Source of the DNA: Candidatus Nanopelagicales bacterium
Lineage (GTDB): Bacteria > Actinomycetota > Actinomycetes > S36-B12 > GCA-2699445
Reading direction: 5' to 3'
Assembly: GCA_030700225.1 (NCBI GenBank)
Contig: JAUYJT010000052.1
Location: forward strand, 3,084-67,083
Length of the DNA stretch: 64,000 nt
Part shown: piece by piece, positions 1-10,221 of the stretch
Position numbering within the stretch: position 1 is the stretch's first letter
Layout of the letters: the number at the start of each line of letters is the position of its first letter
Position numbers and translations under genes: made by a program
Notes under the pieces: generated by a model
Seen by the model: only the letters and a program-made list of their open reading frames with translations
Databases searched by the model: none
What the model was told of the DNA's origin: nothing

Positions 1-1
1 C

Positions 2-292
2 GGCTCCGGGGCCTTCTTCGCTCGCGGATCACTGAAGAAGCTTCACCGGCGCGGCCTGACGGAAGACCAAGCGGTCTCCGTCGTCCTACAGGCGATGTAT
101 GACGCGGCCGACGACGACTCGGCGACGGGTGGACCGGACCTGTCAAGGCGCATCTTCCCCGCAGTGGCTGTGATCGATGAGCAGGGCTTCCGGCGGGTTG
201 ACGAATCCCGCCTATCCGATGCGGTCAATGCGATTGTGGCGGGGCGCATGGAGCGGCCTGATGGCCCGCTGGCGATGTCGGAGGGTGAATGA
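2..292 (+). CDS. prcB: 20S proteasome beta subunit, C-terminal part (5' end lies outside window)
   Basis: Frame is open from the window edge. [14 protein letters not shown]...[15 protein letters not shown] matches the conserved actinobacterial PrcB C-terminus. Its TGA overlaps the prcA ATG (ATGA at 289-292). Confidence 0.85.
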   Translation, partial: GSGAFFARGSLKKLHRRGLTEDQAVSVVLQAMYDAADDDSATGGPDLSRRIFPAVAVIDEQGFRRVDESRLSDAVNAIVAGRMERPDGPLAMSEGE

Positions 293-981
293 TGTCCATT
301 CCCTTTTATGTATCGCCCGAACAGATCATCAAGGACAAGGCGGACTTCGCGCGCAAGGGGATCGCTCGGGGCCGCAGCGTCGTTGTCATGCAGTACATCG
401 ACGGGATCGTGATGGTCGCCGAGAACCCCTCGAAGGCGCTGCACAAGATCTCGGAAATCTACGATCGAATCGGTTTCGCCGCGGTCGGCAAGTACAACGA
501 GTTCGAGAGCCTGCGCGTGGCTGGCATCCGCCTGGCAGATCTACGCGGGTACTCGTATGACCGCAGCGACGTCACGTGCCGAAGCCTGGCGAACGCCTAC
601 GCCACGACGCTGGGAACGATCTTCACCGAGGCGCAGAAGCCGTACGAGGTCGAGATCGTTGTGGCAGAAGTTGGTGATGAGGTCTCGGGCGATGAGATGT
701 ACAGATTGACGTTTGACGGATCCGTCGCCGATGAGCACGGAGTTGTGGCGATGGGCGGTTCCGCTGAGCAAATCGGCTCCGCGCTGCATGAGGCTTGGCG
801 CGATGGCCTGTCCCTCGCTGAGGCTGTGAAGATGTGCGTGTCGAACCTCGCCATCGGTGAGGAGAAGCTGACTCCCGCTCAGCTAGAAGTCGCGGTGCTG
901 GATCGGAACCGCCCGCGAAGGAAGTTCCGGCGTGTTACTCCCGACGAACTGTCGCGTTTGCTGGGCGACGGCAGGAAGTGA
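289..981 (+). CDS. prcA: 20S proteasome alpha subunit
   Basis: N-terminus [31 protein letters not shown] is the typical PrcA start. Coupled to prcB and followed by pafA. Confidence 0.95.
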   Translation: MMSIPFYVSPEQIIKDKADFARKGIARGRSVVVMQYIDGIVMVAENPSKALHKISEIYDRIGFAAVGKYNEFESLRVAGIRLADLRGYSYDRSDVTCRSLANAYATTLGTIFTEAQKPYEVEIVVAEVGDEVSGDEMYRLTFDGSVADEHGVVAMGGSAEQIGSALHEAWRDGLSLAEAVKMCVSNLAIGEEKLTPAQLEVAVLDRNRPRRKFRRVTPDELSRLLGDGRK

Positions 982-987
982 CTCGGC

Positions 988-2352
988 ATGGACCGGCGAA
1001 TCTTCGGTCTGGAAACCGAATTCGGGGTCACGTGCGTGTTCAATGGGCAGCGTCGCCTGAGCCCCGATGAAGTAGCGCGCTACCTGTTTCGGCGGGTCGT
1101 TTCCTGGGGCCGAAGCAGCAATGTGTTCTTGCGCAACGGTTCGAGGCTGTATCTGGACGTGGGCAGCCACCCGGAGTACGCGACTGCCGAATGCGATGAC
1201 ATTCGCGATGCTGTCGTGCATGACCGAGCGGGGGAGCGGATACTCGAAGGACTGGTTGTCGACGCCGAACGACGGCTGCGGGAGGAAGGCGTTGCAGGAG
1301 ACATCTTCCTGTTCAAGAACAACACAGATTCCGCCGGAAACTCATACGGGTGCCACGAGAACTACCTGGTCTCCCGCGTGGGGGAGTTTGGCCGGTTGGC
1401 GGACGCGTTGCTGCCGTTCCTGATCTCCCGGCAGATCGTGGTCGGCGCCGGGAAGGTGCTTCAGACTCCTCGCGGAGCCGTGTATTGCGTCAGCCAGCGG
1501 GCCGAACACATCTGGGAAGGTGTGTCGAGCGCGACGACGAGATCCCGTCCCATCATCAACACCCGCGACGAACCGCACGCTGATGCCGAACGGTTCAGGC
1601 GCCTCCACGTGATCGTCGGAGACTCCAACATGAGCGAGACGACGACCATGCTCAAGCTCGGGGCCGTGGACTTGGTGCTTCGGATGCTGGAGTCGGGCGG
1701 ATCCGTGCGCGACATGACCCTGGAGAATCCGATCCGGGCGATCCGGGAAATCAGCCACGACGTCACCGGCAAGCGCACTGTGCGACTGGCTAATGGTCAC
1801 CAGATGTCCGCTGTTGACATCCAGTGGGAGTACTACGGGCGTGTTCAGTCCTTCGCGGAGCGGTCCGGACTGGACGATGACGTGGTTCATCGGCGCGTGC
1901 TGGACCTGTGGCGTCGGACCCTCACGGCGGTCGAGACGCAGGACTACCAGATGGTCGCTGGAGAGATCGACTGGATGATCAAGTGGAATCTGCTGGAGAG
2001 ATACATGGCGAAACACGGATTGGGCCTGAGTAGCCCTCGTGTCGCCCAGATCGACTTGGCGTACCACGACATCTGCCGCGACCGGGGGCTGCACTACTTG
2101 CTCACACGGCGCGGTGTCGCCGCGACCATCGCGACGGACGCCCAGGTGTTCGAGGCGAAATCTATCCCTCCTCAAACCACTCGGGCGAAGCTGCGCGGTG
2201 ACTTCATCCGCGCCGCGCAGGAGCGGCGGCGCGATTACACCGTCGACTGGGTTCACTTGAAGTTGAACGACCAGGCGCAGCGAACCGTCCTGTGCAAGGA
2301 CCCGTTCAGGTCGGTTGACGAGCGGGTGGAACGGCTCATCGAAAGCATGTGA
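988..2352 (+). CDS. pafA: Pup--protein ligase
   Basis: [13 protein letters not shown] start and a carboxylate-amine ligase fold ([21 protein letters not shown]). Sits directly downstream of prcBA. Confidence 0.95.
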   Translation: MDRRIFGLETEFGVTCVFNGQRRLSPDEVARYLFRRVVSWGRSSNVFLRNGSRLYLDVGSHPEYATAECDDIRDAVVHDRAGERILEGLVVDAERRLREEGVAGDIFLFKNNTDSAGNSYGCHENYLVSRVGEFGRLADALLPFLISRQIVVGAGKVLQTPRGAVYCVSQRAEHIWEGVSSATTRSRPIINTRDEPHADAERFRRLHVIVGDSNMSETTTMLKLGAVDLVLRMLESGGSVRDMTLENPIRAIREISHDVTGKRTVRLANGHQMSAVDIQWEYYGRVQSFAERSGLDDDVVHRRVLDLWRRTLTAVETQDYQMVAGEIDWMIKWNLLERYMAKHGLGLSSPRVAQIDLAYHDICRDRGLHYLLTRRGVAATIATDAQVFEAKSIPPQTTRAKLRGDFIRAAQERRRDYTVDWVHLKLNDQAQRTVLCKDPFRSVDERVERLIESM

Positions 2353-2408
2353 GTCGGCGGACTCAACCCAGCGGTTGAGGTCGCGGCTCTTCCCGGTATG
2401 TTGCGACA

Positions 2409-2957
2409 ATGCGAATTCGAAGTCTGGTCATTCCCTTCGCGGCAGCCGCTCTGGTGCTCGCGGCCTGCTCTTCTCAGGGCGAACCCTCCGCGCCGTCGCC
2501 CAATGCGGAGCCGCCAAGCGCTCAGGGGTTCAACTGTTCATTCAATGAGACCAAGGACGGAGTCACAGCTGTTCAGGAGCCCGGACAGGCGCCGGAGCTT
2601 ACCGTCAGCAGCGACGCGAAGGTCCCGAAAGACCTAGTCGTAGTGCCGCTTTGCGAGGGCGAAGGCACGGCGTCCAAACCTAGCGACATGGTCACCGTCG
2701 ACTACATCGGCGTGGGGTACAAGACGCAACAGGTTTTCGACTCCTCGTTGGAGCGCGGTGAGCCAGCGACCTTCCCTCTTCAGGGCGTCATCGAGGGGTG
2801 GACCCGTGGGGTGTCGGGAGTCAAGCCCGGGGGAGCGGTGCTACTGCTCGTCCCCTCAGAGCTGGCATATCGGGAACGGGGCAACCCACCCGTGATTCTT
2901 CAGAACGAGGCTCTGGCATTCATCGTTGAGGTCCTCGCGGTAAACCCGTCTGAGTAG
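2409..2957 (+). CDS. FKBP-type peptidyl-prolyl cis-trans isomerase, lipoprotein
   Basis: Signal peptide with lipobox LAAC. FKBP_C motifs VTVDYIGV, FDSS, VIEGW, LLLVPSELAYRERG. Confidence 0.9.
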   Translation: MRIRSLVIPFAAAALVLAACSSQGEPSAPSPNAEPPSAQGFNCSFNETKDGVTAVQEPGQAPELTVSSDAKVPKDLVVVPLCEGEGTASKPSDMVTVDYIGVGYKTQQVFDSSLERGEPATFPLQGVIEGWTRGVSGVKPGGAVLLLVPSELAYRERGNPPVILQNEALAFIVEVLAVNPSE

Positions 2958-3190
2958 CCCGGCGGAAGATCACAACGCCACTACCGGGCGTGTTAGTGCG
3001 CCTACGTAGGGCAATTGTGGGCACTCTGGACACGTCAATTCATGTCCGGTTCAGGTCGCTTTGCACGGATGTGTCCGCCCCGACTAGTACGAAGCGGACT
3101 TCTCTCGCCGTGCATCAGTGCGCGATGAGCGCGATGCTTGCCATGTGCGACAAGTTGTTAGTCAGCGACGTGGTTAGCGAGGTGGCCGCT

Positions 3191-3529
3191 ATGACAACTA
3201 TCAAGGCCACGTGTCCGTCCTGTGGCGATATTGACCTGAAGCCGCGAGACATTCACGTAACAGTTGCCCAGGCGGCCGGATGGGCCACCTACAGCTTCCG
3301 CTGTCCGGCGTGCGATGACCAGATCAGCAAGAGCGCTGACGACGAGGTAGTGGCGCTCCTGAAGGGTGCCGGTGTGGTCGTCGAGAGGATCCACGTTCCC
3401 TCAGAGGCACTCGAAGCGCACTACGGGGCCCCGATCGGTCCCGATGACCTCATCGATTTCGCACTCACCATGGGAATGACGGACCAACTCGTCCAGGTGC
3501 TCCGGCAGGAAGCCTCGGCGGGTCGCTGA
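3191..3529 (+). CDS. hypothetical zinc-ribbon protein (CPSC...CPAC)
   Basis: The ORF opens at 2990, but ATG 3191 has a GAGGTGG Shine-Dalgarno sequence about 6 nt upstream. Two CxxC pairs. Function unknown. Confidence 0.6.
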   Translation: MTTIKATCPSCGDIDLKPRDIHVTVAQAAGWATYSFRCPACDDQISKSADDEVVALLKGAGVVVERIHVPSEALEAHYGAPIGPDDLIDFALTMGMTDQLVQVLRQEASAGR

Positions 3530-3607
3530 CTCCCTGGCGAAGCCGGTCGCCTGGCCGCCGTGAGCCTGAGTCCGGTGGCCGCGACTTGTGGTCTAGGCTC
3601 TGCGGTT

Positions 3608-4519
3608 ATGGGCCGAGCGGTAGGTGTGATCATCAATCCGGAATCGGGCAGAGGGAAGGGGGGCAGGACCGCGCCTGAGCTTGGGGCTGAACTGCATCGC
3701 AGGGGGATCGATGCCGCGCTTCTGGTGGCAGGAAGCGCAACGGAGGCTCTGGTGATGGCCAGGAAGGCCGTGGCGGATGGCGTTGACGCGATCGTGGCGG
3801 CGGGCGGCGACGGAACTGTCAACCTTGGGTTGCAGGCGGTCGCCGGTACCGACACGCCACTTGGGATCATCCCACTGGGGACTGGTAACGATAACGCGCG
3901 CCTTCTGGGGATTCCCCTAGACGATCTGAAGGCGGCCATCGACATCATCGCCGACTTCAAGGTCGCTTCCGTAGATGTGGCCCACCTGAGCACCGACTCC
4001 GGCGAGGAAAGATGGTTCTTGGGAGTCATGTCCAGCGGCTTCGACTCGTGCGTCAACGAGCGCGCCAACGAGATGACTTGGCCCAAAGGCGAGGCCCGCT
4101 ACCTGCGTGGGATCTTGGCCGAGCTGAGAACCTTCAAGCCCGTGCCGTACCACGTGGTGCTGGACGGTGAGGAGCTCAACGACAAGGGAATGCTCGTGGC
4201 CGTCGGCAACGGCGAGTCGTACGGTGGCGGAATGAAGGTGTGCGCGGGGGCGCGGATCGATGACGGACTCCTCACCGTGACGTGGCTTCATCGGCTGCGC
4301 AAGCTGGAGTTCCTGACGGTCTTCCCACGTGTCTACAAGGGAACCCACATCACGCATCCGAGCGTCACTCAGCACCTGGCGCGGAAGGTGCGCCTGGAAG
4401 CGCCCAACCAGATCGCCTACGCCGACGGGGAGCGGGTGGGCCCGCTGCCGGTTGACGTCGAGGTGCATCCGAACGGGCTGCGCGTTATTACGCCGCAGGG
4501 TTTGGTTCACGCGCCCTAG
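3608..4519 (+). CDS. diacylglycerol kinase-family lipid kinase
   Basis: DAGK catalytic-domain motifs IINPESGRGKG, AAGGDGTVN, GIIPLGTGND. The ORF opens at 3560; ATG 3608 was chosen as start. Confidence 0.85.
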   Translation: MGRAVGVIINPESGRGKGGRTAPELGAELHRRGIDAALLVAGSATEALVMARKAVADGVDAIVAAGGDGTVNLGLQAVAGTDTPLGIIPLGTGNDNARLLGIPLDDLKAAIDIIADFKVASVDVAHLSTDSGEERWFLGVMSSGFDSCVNERANEMTWPKGEARYLRGILAELRTFKPVPYHVVLDGEELNDKGMLVAVGNGESYGGGMKVCAGARIDDGLLTVTWLHRLRKLEFLTVFPRVYKGTHITHPSVTQHLARKVRLEAPNQIAYADGERVGPLPVDVEVHPNGLRVITPQGLVHAP

Positions 4520-4528
4520 ACTTCGGTA

Positions 4529-7234
4529 GTGCCAACCCCCGCGGATCGCCACGCGGCTGCCAAACGGCGGCAGCAGCGCGCGCGGCTCGGCTGGGAATCA
4601 TTCGAGCGGCTCTACGACTTCCCGCTGGATCCGTTTCAGGTGGGCGCCTGTGACGTGTTGTCGGCGGGGCGCAGTGTGCTGGTGGCGGCCCCGACGGGCT
4701 CAGGCAAGACCGTCGTCGGAGAGTACGCGGTGCATCTGGCGCTCGAGTGCGGCAGGCGGTGCTTCTACACAACTCCGATCAAGGCCTTGTCGAACCAGAA
4801 GTATGGTGATCTGACGCGTCGCTACGGCGCGGAACGCGTGGGCTTGCTGACTGGGGACAACAGCATCAACGGCGATGCCGCCGTAGTCGTCATGACGACC
4901 GAAGTACTGCGGAACATGATCTACTCAAGCCCCGAGTCGCTGGATGACTTGGCTCATGTGGTGTTGGACGAGGTTCACTACCTCGCCGATCGATCCAGGG
5001 GAGCCGTCTGGGAGGAAGTGCTCATCCATCTGCCCGAGCGCATCCTGGTGACCGCGCTGTCGGCAACCGTGAGCAACGCCGAGGAGTTTGGGCACTGGCT
5101 GGGTACGGTGCGCGGCGCAACAGACGTAATCGTCGAGGAACATCGACCGGTGCCGCTGTGGCAGCACGTTCTCGTCGGCCAACACCTCCATGACCTGTTC
5201 GTCGAAGACGCCCAGAAGGTCAACCCGGAACTTCTCGAGCGCGCGCGCGCGGACATCCGCCGACAGCCGCGTGACCGTAGGCATCGTGCGGGCTCGCGGG
5301 GGTACAGGGCTGGGGGGCGGCCGTCTCGCGCTGGTGTCGTCAGGCGGCTCGATGCCGCGAGCCTTCTGCCCGCTATCTACTTCATCTTTAGTCGCAAGGG
5401 CTGCGATGCGGCCGTGGACCAGTGCCTGGCGGCGGGCGTCGCGCTCACGAACCAGCGAGAGCGGAGCGAGATCCTGGCAGAGGCGGAAGGAAGCTGCGCG
5501 TACCTACCCGACGAGGATCGAGTCGCGCTGGACTACGACCATTGGCTGCGGGCGTTGGAACGAGGCGTGGCGGCACACCATGCGGGGCTTGTGCCGGTGT
5601 TCAAGGAAGTCGTTGAGCGGCTGTTCCAAAGAGGTCTGGTCAGGTGCGTGTTCGCGACCGAAACGTTGGCGCTCGGCATCAACATGCCAGCGCGCTCGGT
5701 CGTCCTTGAGCACCTAGTCAAGTGGAACGGTGAAGCTCACGTCGAGCTAACTCCCGGTGAATACACACAGCTGACCGGTCGTGCGGGCAGGCGTGGCATC
5801 GACGTCGAGGGGCATGCGACGGTGGTCTGGCACGACGGGCTCGACCCCGTCGGCCTTTCGGGCCTCGCGAGCACACGGACCTATCCGTTGAGGTCGAGCT
5901 TCCGTCCGTCGTACAACATGGCCGTGAACCTAGTAGCGGCCACTGGAAGGGAGCGCGCCGCAGGGCTGCTGTGCAGTTCCTTCGCCCAGTATCAGGCGGA
6001 CGCTTCCGTCGTGGGCCTCAGCGCGGAGATTCGTCGCAACGAGGACGCGATGGCCGGCTTCGCCGAAGCGATGCGGTGCGACCTCGGGAGCTTCGACGAA
6101 TACGCGGCGTTGCGCGAACAAGTCCGCGCCATCGAACGTGACAGCGCTCGGCGGGGCCGGGCCCGCAGACGTCTCGACGTCGTGGAAGCTCTTGGCAAGC
6201 TCAGGGTTGGGGACGTCGTCATCATCGGTAGGGGCCGCCGGTCCGGTCCAGCGGCTGTGGTCGCGCCTTCACACGACACCGCCGAGAGCCCGCAGCCGCT
6301 GGTGGTCGACCTGGGTCGCCGGGCCCGCCGAATCTCGGAGGCCGACTTTCCCGCAGGGCTAACGGTGGTCGGGCGGATCAAGGTGCCGAAGGACTTCTCG
6401 AGTCGGTCAGCGACAAGTCGCAAGCAGGTGGCCGAAGAGCTGAAGGACTTGCCTCGGGATGTTGCCCATGCGAAGCCGATCGTGGTTCACGAAGCGGAGT
6501 CGGAGGTAGCTGAGCTGCGAAGTCGCCTTCGTGCTCACGCTTGCCACAAGTGCCCTGACCGGGAGGCCCACGCGCGCTGGGGGGAGCGTTACCACCGCAT
6601 GGCCAAGCGCACCGACGGGCTCAGGCGGCAGGTGGCTGGCCGAACGGGGACCATCGCGAAGCAGTTCGAACGGATCTGCGACATCCTCGGCTCGCTGGGA
6701 TACCTCGCTGAAGTGAATGGGCAAACAGTCACGACTGCTAGCGGGCAGCAGTTGGGGCGGATCTACGCGGACACCGATCTGGTGATCGCTGAATGTCTGC
6801 GTAGCGGCGCTTGGGAGGATCTGGCCGCGGCTGACCTCGCGGCCGTGTGCGCGGCTCTGCTGTATGAGGGCCGGGGGCGCGAGAATCAACCGCGATTGCC
6901 CTCCGGTGCGGTCCGCGCCGCGATTGAGGATCTCCTGCGAACCTGGGACCGCGTACGGGAACTGGAGGCAGCACACGGTTTGTCGACGCTGCCGGAACCT
7001 GACCTCGGACTGTGCTGGGCGATGCGAAGCTGGGCAAGCGGAATGACCCTGGAACGGGTTCTGTGGGAGTCGGAACTGGCGGCAGGGGACTTCGTCAGAT
7101 GGGCTAAGCAAGTGATCGACCTGCTACGCCAGGTCTGCCTCGCCGCGCCTGAATCCAAAGTCGGCGCCACTGCGGGAAGCGCGGCCGCGCTGGTAGACCG
7201 CGGCGTCGTGTCGTATACCGGCGTCTACGGCTGA
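4529..7234 (+). CDS. helY: Ski2-like DEAD/DEAH-box RNA helicase HelY
   Basis: Helicase motifs APTGSGKT, DEVH, SAT, TGRAGRRG, plus a long C-terminal Ski2-type extension. GTG start. Confidence 0.9.
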   Translation: MPTPADRHAAAKRRQQRARLGWESFERLYDFPLDPFQVGACDVLSAGRSVLVAAPTGSGKTVVGEYAVHLALECGRRCFYTTPIKALSNQKYGDLTRRYGAERVGLLTGDNSINGDAAVVVMTTEVLRNMIYSSPESLDDLAHVVLDEVHYLADRSRGAVWEEVLIHLPERILVTALSATVSNAEEFGHWLGTVRGATDVIVEEHRPVPLWQHVLVGQHLHDLFVEDAQKVNPELLERARADIRRQPRDRRHRAGSRGYRAGGRPSRAGVVRRLDAASLLPAIYFIFSRKGCDAAVDQCLAAGVALTNQRERSEILAEAEGSCAYLPDEDRVALDYDHWLRALERGVAAHHAGLVPVFKEVVERLFQRGLVRCVFATETLALGINMPARSVVLEHLVKWNGEAHVELTPGEYTQLTGRAGRRGIDVEGHATVVWHDGLDPVGLSGLASTRTYPLRSSFRPSYNMAVNLVAATGRERAAGLLCSSFAQYQADASVVGLSAEIRRNEDAMAGFAEAMRCDLGSFDEYAALREQVRAIERDSARRGRARRRLDVVEALGKLRVGDVVIIGRGRRSGPAAVVAPSHDTAESPQPLVVDLGRRARRISEADFPAGLTVVGRIKVPKDFSSRSATSRKQVAEELKDLPRDVAHAKPIVVHEAESEVAELRSRLRAHACHKCPDREAHARWGERYHRMAKRTDGLRRQVAGRTGTIAKQFERICDILGSLGYLAEVNGQTVTTASGQQLGRIYADTDLVIAECLRSGAWEDLAAADLAAVCAALLYEGRGRENQPRLPSGAVRAAIEDLLRTWDRVRELEAAHGLSTLPEPDLGLCWAMRSWASGMTLERVLWESELAAGDFVRWAKQVIDLLRQVCLAAPESKVGATAGSAAALVDRGVVSYTGVYG

Positions 7235-7869
7235 GGCTCGCCCTCCTCGTCGACCAGCGGCACGAACCGGACGTCGAGCAGCGGCCGTTCGGAGTATCCC
7301 CGCTCCACCCGTTCGGTCAGGATCAAGGTCTGGCGCCACTGGCCGACCGGGGCGATTAGCCGACCACCCCGCCGGGGTGGATCGGGTTCGGCCAATTGCG
7401 CTACAAGTGCGGGGGGAAGGGTGGCGCAGGCCGCCGTCACGATGATGGCGTCATAGGGTGCTGACTCCGGCCAGCCGAGCGATCCATCTCCTACGCGCAA
7501 GTGAACGTTGTCCAGTCCCAGCTCAGCTAGTACACGGCCCGCGCGTTCGGACAGTTCTGGCCTGATCTCGACCGACCACACTTCTCGCGCGACGTTCGCG
7601 AGAATCGCGCACTGATACCCCGATCCGGTCCCGACTTCCAATACACGCGAGTCTGGGGTCAGTTGTAGCTCCTGAGTCATGTAGGCGACTACGTACGGCT
7701 GCGAAATTGTCTGCCCGGATCCGATTGGCAGAGGCGAGTCGGCCCAGGCGTGCCGTCGCAGATCCTCTGGCACGAATCTGTCGCGCGGAACGGCCTCGAC
7801 AGCAGCGAGCACGCGCGGATCGTTGATCCCAGCGCTGCGAAGACTCTCTACGAGGGCGTTTCTATCCAT
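7225..7869 (-). CDS. pcm: protein-L-isoaspartate O-methyltransferase
   Basis: Motifs RDRFVP, SQPYVVAYM, LEVGTGSGYQ. Has a 10-bp convergent overlap with the helY 3' end. Confidence 0.9.
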   Translation of the reverse strand: MDRNALVESLRSAGINDPRVLAAVEAVPRDRFVPEDLRRHAWADSPLPIGSGQTISQPYVVAYMTQELQLTPDSRVLEVGTGSGYQCAILANVAREVWSVEIRPELSERAGRVLAELGLDNVHLRVGDGSLGWPESAPYDAIIVTAACATLPPALVAQLAEPDPPRRGGRLIAPVGQWRQTLILTERVERGYSERPLLDVRFVPLVDEEGEPQP

Positions 7870-7947
7870 ACTTCATCATGACCCCGCCCGCGGCGGGTTC
7901 GCGCGGCGATACGCGGTGACGATGCTGGTCGGCACTAGCGTGATCGC

Positions 7948-9051
7948 GTGGACTTCGACTTCGTTGGCCGATTGGCCCGGGTGGCGGCAGAGGCGCGCGA
8001 GCAGGGCCGCGACGCGGTGCTTGTCGCGCCTGGATCGGACTTGCGCTACCTATCCGGGTACGAGCTTGAGCAGATGGAACGGCTCACTTGCCTAGCTGTC
8101 AGGGCTGTCGGTGATCCGTTCTTGGTTGTGCCCGACCTGGAGGAGTCGGCGGCAAGGGCGGCCCTGACGGGCGAACTGGACATTGACGTTATCCCGTTTG
8201 GCGAGACAGACGACCCGTACTCGATCGTCGCCAGTCACCTGGGTCAAGCCTCCGCCGTCGCGCTGGACAATCAGATGTGGGCGGAGAAGGTGCTCAGGTT
8301 CAGGGAGGCGATGCCGGGAACCCAGCAGGTGCTCGCCGGATCCATCATGGGACCTTTGCGCGCGGCCAAGAGTGAAGCGGAGATCGCAGCGCTCATGGAG
8401 GCCGGCGCGGCGATTGACTCGGTACATGCCAGGACGGCGGGATTCTTGCGTCCCGGGCGGACCGAGCGCGAAGTCGGCGCCGACATCGCGGCGGCCATCA
8501 TCGACGCGGGGCACGTCCATGTGGACTTCGTCATTGTCGGCTCCGGCCCGAACGGCGCCAGCCCGCATCATGAGGTCAGCGACAGGGTTATCGGGCGCCA
8601 CGAGCCAGTAGTAGTCGACATCGGCGGGATGATGCGTTCGGGATATCGCAGCGACTCGACTCGGATGTACTGCATTGGTTATCCGCCAGCCGAATTCGTG
8701 GACTACTACGACGTGCTCAAGCATGCCCAAGCGACCGCTGTCGCCGCAGTGAGACCTGGGATGACGTGCGAGTCACTCGACGCGGTTGCCCGCGACCTGA
8801 TATCCGGGGCGGGATTCGGTAAGTATTTCATCCACCGCACTGGTCACGGGATCGGACTCGACACTCACGAGGACCCCTACATCGTCGCCAGCAACACGCA
8901 TCGGTTGGTGCAGGGCAACGCGTTCTCCATAGAGCCCGGCATCTACCTAGCAGGCCGCCACGGCGCGCGGATAGAGGACATCGTCGTGTGCGGAACAGAG
9001 CGTGCGATCCTGGTCAACAACATTCCAAGGGACCTAGTGGTAATCGACTAG
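7948..9051 (+). CDS. M24-family Xaa-Pro peptidase
   Basis: Metal-ligand motifs HRTGHGIGLDTHE, FSIEPGIY, ARIEDIVV. GTG start. Confidence 0.9.
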   Translation: MDFDFVGRLARVAAEAREQGRDAVLVAPGSDLRYLSGYELEQMERLTCLAVRAVGDPFLVVPDLEESAARAALTGELDIDVIPFGETDDPYSIVASHLGQASAVALDNQMWAEKVLRFREAMPGTQQVLAGSIMGPLRAAKSEAEIAALMEAGAAIDSVHARTAGFLRPGRTEREVGADIAAAIIDAGHVHVDFVIVGSGPNGASPHHEVSDRVIGRHEPVVVDIGGMMRSGYRSDSTRMYCIGYPPAEFVDYYDVLKHAQATAVAAVRPGMTCESLDAVARDLISGAGFGKYFIHRTGHGIGLDTHEDPYIVASNTHRLVQGNAFSIEPGIYLAGRHGARIEDIVVCGTERAILVNNIPRDLVVID

Positions 9052-9071
9052 CACGCACGTCCGGAGCAACC

Positions 9072-10217
9072 ATGAACAGTGTCCGTCGCCAATTTCCTAC
9101 CGCGGAGGCAGAAGCACTGCTCGACCTGACGCGGGAGATAGCCAACTCAGAGCTTCGAACCGTCGCGGACGAATACGAAGAGGCGGGCCGGTTTCCCCGG
9201 GACGCGTTTCGCCTGCTGGGCAAGTCGGGACTGCTGTCCTTGCCCTACCCGGAAGAGCATGGCGGCGGTGGGCAGCCGTTCGAGGTCTACCTACAGGTGC
9301 TGGAGGAGTTGGCGGCGGCGTGGTTGACCATCGGAGTTGGCGTCAGCGTCCATGTCCTGTCGTGCCATCCGGTGGCCATGTTCGGCACTCACGAGCAGCG
9401 GGATCGCTGGCTTGGCGAAATGCTCGGCGGCGACCTGCTTGGCGCGTATTGCCTCAGTGAGCGCCAGTCTGGATCCGACGCGGCCGCGCTGGAGACCAGA
9501 GCAGTCCGGGAGGACGCGGGCTACCGCGTCAACGGTGCGAAGGCTTGGATCACGCATGGGGGAGTTGCCGACTACTACAACCTGATGGTCCGCACCGGTG
9601 GTCCGGGACCAGGGGGAATCTCCTGTCTCCTCGCGGATTCGGGCACGCTCGGCCTGTCGGCGGCCGCGCCGGAGCGGAAGATGGGGATGAACGGTTCCCC
9701 GACCGCCGAGATCCTGCTGGACGATGCCCTAGTGCCAGCCGATCGGCTAATCGGTGATGAGGGTGAGGGTTTCCGCATCGCCATGGCCGCCCTCGACAGT
9801 GGACGGCTTGGGATCGCGGCGTGCGCGGTCGGCCTAGCCCAGGCCGCCTTGGACTCGGCTGTGGATTACGCGAAGCAGAGGCGCCAGTTCGGCAAGTCGA
9901 TCGCTGCGTTCCAGGGTCTTGCGTTCCTGATGGCGGACATGGCGGCCAAGGTCGCCAGCGGCCGCGCCCTGTACCTGGATGCGGCGCGCCGTAAGGATGC
10001 CGGACTGCCGTTCGGGTCGCAGGCCGCCATCGCGAAGCTCGTGGCCACAGACGCGGCGATGTCGGTAACAACCGATGCTGTCCAGATCCTCGGCGGGGCC
10101 GGATACTGCAGAGACTTCCCGGTGGAGCGGTACATGCGCGAGGCCAAGGTCCTGCAGATAGTCGAAGGAACGAATCAGGTCCAGCGCATCGTCATAGCGC
10201 GCGAACTGCTGGCGTGA
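9072..10217 (+). CDS. acyl-CoA dehydrogenase
   Basis: ACAD fold motifs (YCLSERQSGSD, GFRIAMAALD, QIVEGTNQVQRIVIAREL). ATG 9072 was chosen because the ORF-track start at 8988 overlaps the M24 gene. Confidence 0.9.
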   Translation: MNSVRRQFPTAEAEALLDLTREIANSELRTVADEYEEAGRFPRDAFRLLGKSGLLSLPYPEEHGGGGQPFEVYLQVLEELAAAWLTIGVGVSVHVLSCHPVAMFGTHEQRDRWLGEMLGGDLLGAYCLSERQSGSDAAALETRAVREDAGYRVNGAKAWITHGGVADYYNLMVRTGGPGPGGISCLLADSGTLGLSAAAPERKMGMNGSPTAEILLDDALVPADRLIGDEGEGFRIAMAALDSGRLGIAACAVGLAQAALDSAVDYAKQRRQFGKSIAAFQGLAFLMADMAAKVASGRALYLDAARRKDAGLPFGSQAAIAKLVATDAAMSVTTDAVQILGGAGYCRDFPVERYMREAKVLQIVEGTNQVQRIVIARELLA

Positions 10218-10221
10218 CATC

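Noticed and set aside
1342-2409. 355-aa minus-strand ORF spanning almost all of pafA
   Set aside because: It is the antisense shadow of a confidently identified gene. It is Arg/Pro/Gly-rich with no motifs, as is typical of high-GC genomes. The same reasoning applies to 10792-11763(-), 15539-16429(+), 37964-38746(-), 41452-42354(-), 43481-44713(-), 48680-49786(-), 49913-50803(-), 3421-4086(-), 6407-7111(-) and similar track entries.
8988-9071. Upstream extension of the acyl-CoA dehydrogenase ORF, and likewise 2990-3190 for the zinc-ribbon ORF and 56615-56779 for the response regulator
   Set aside because: The extensions overlap the preceding gene or lack coding character. Internal ATGs give N-termini typical of the respective families.
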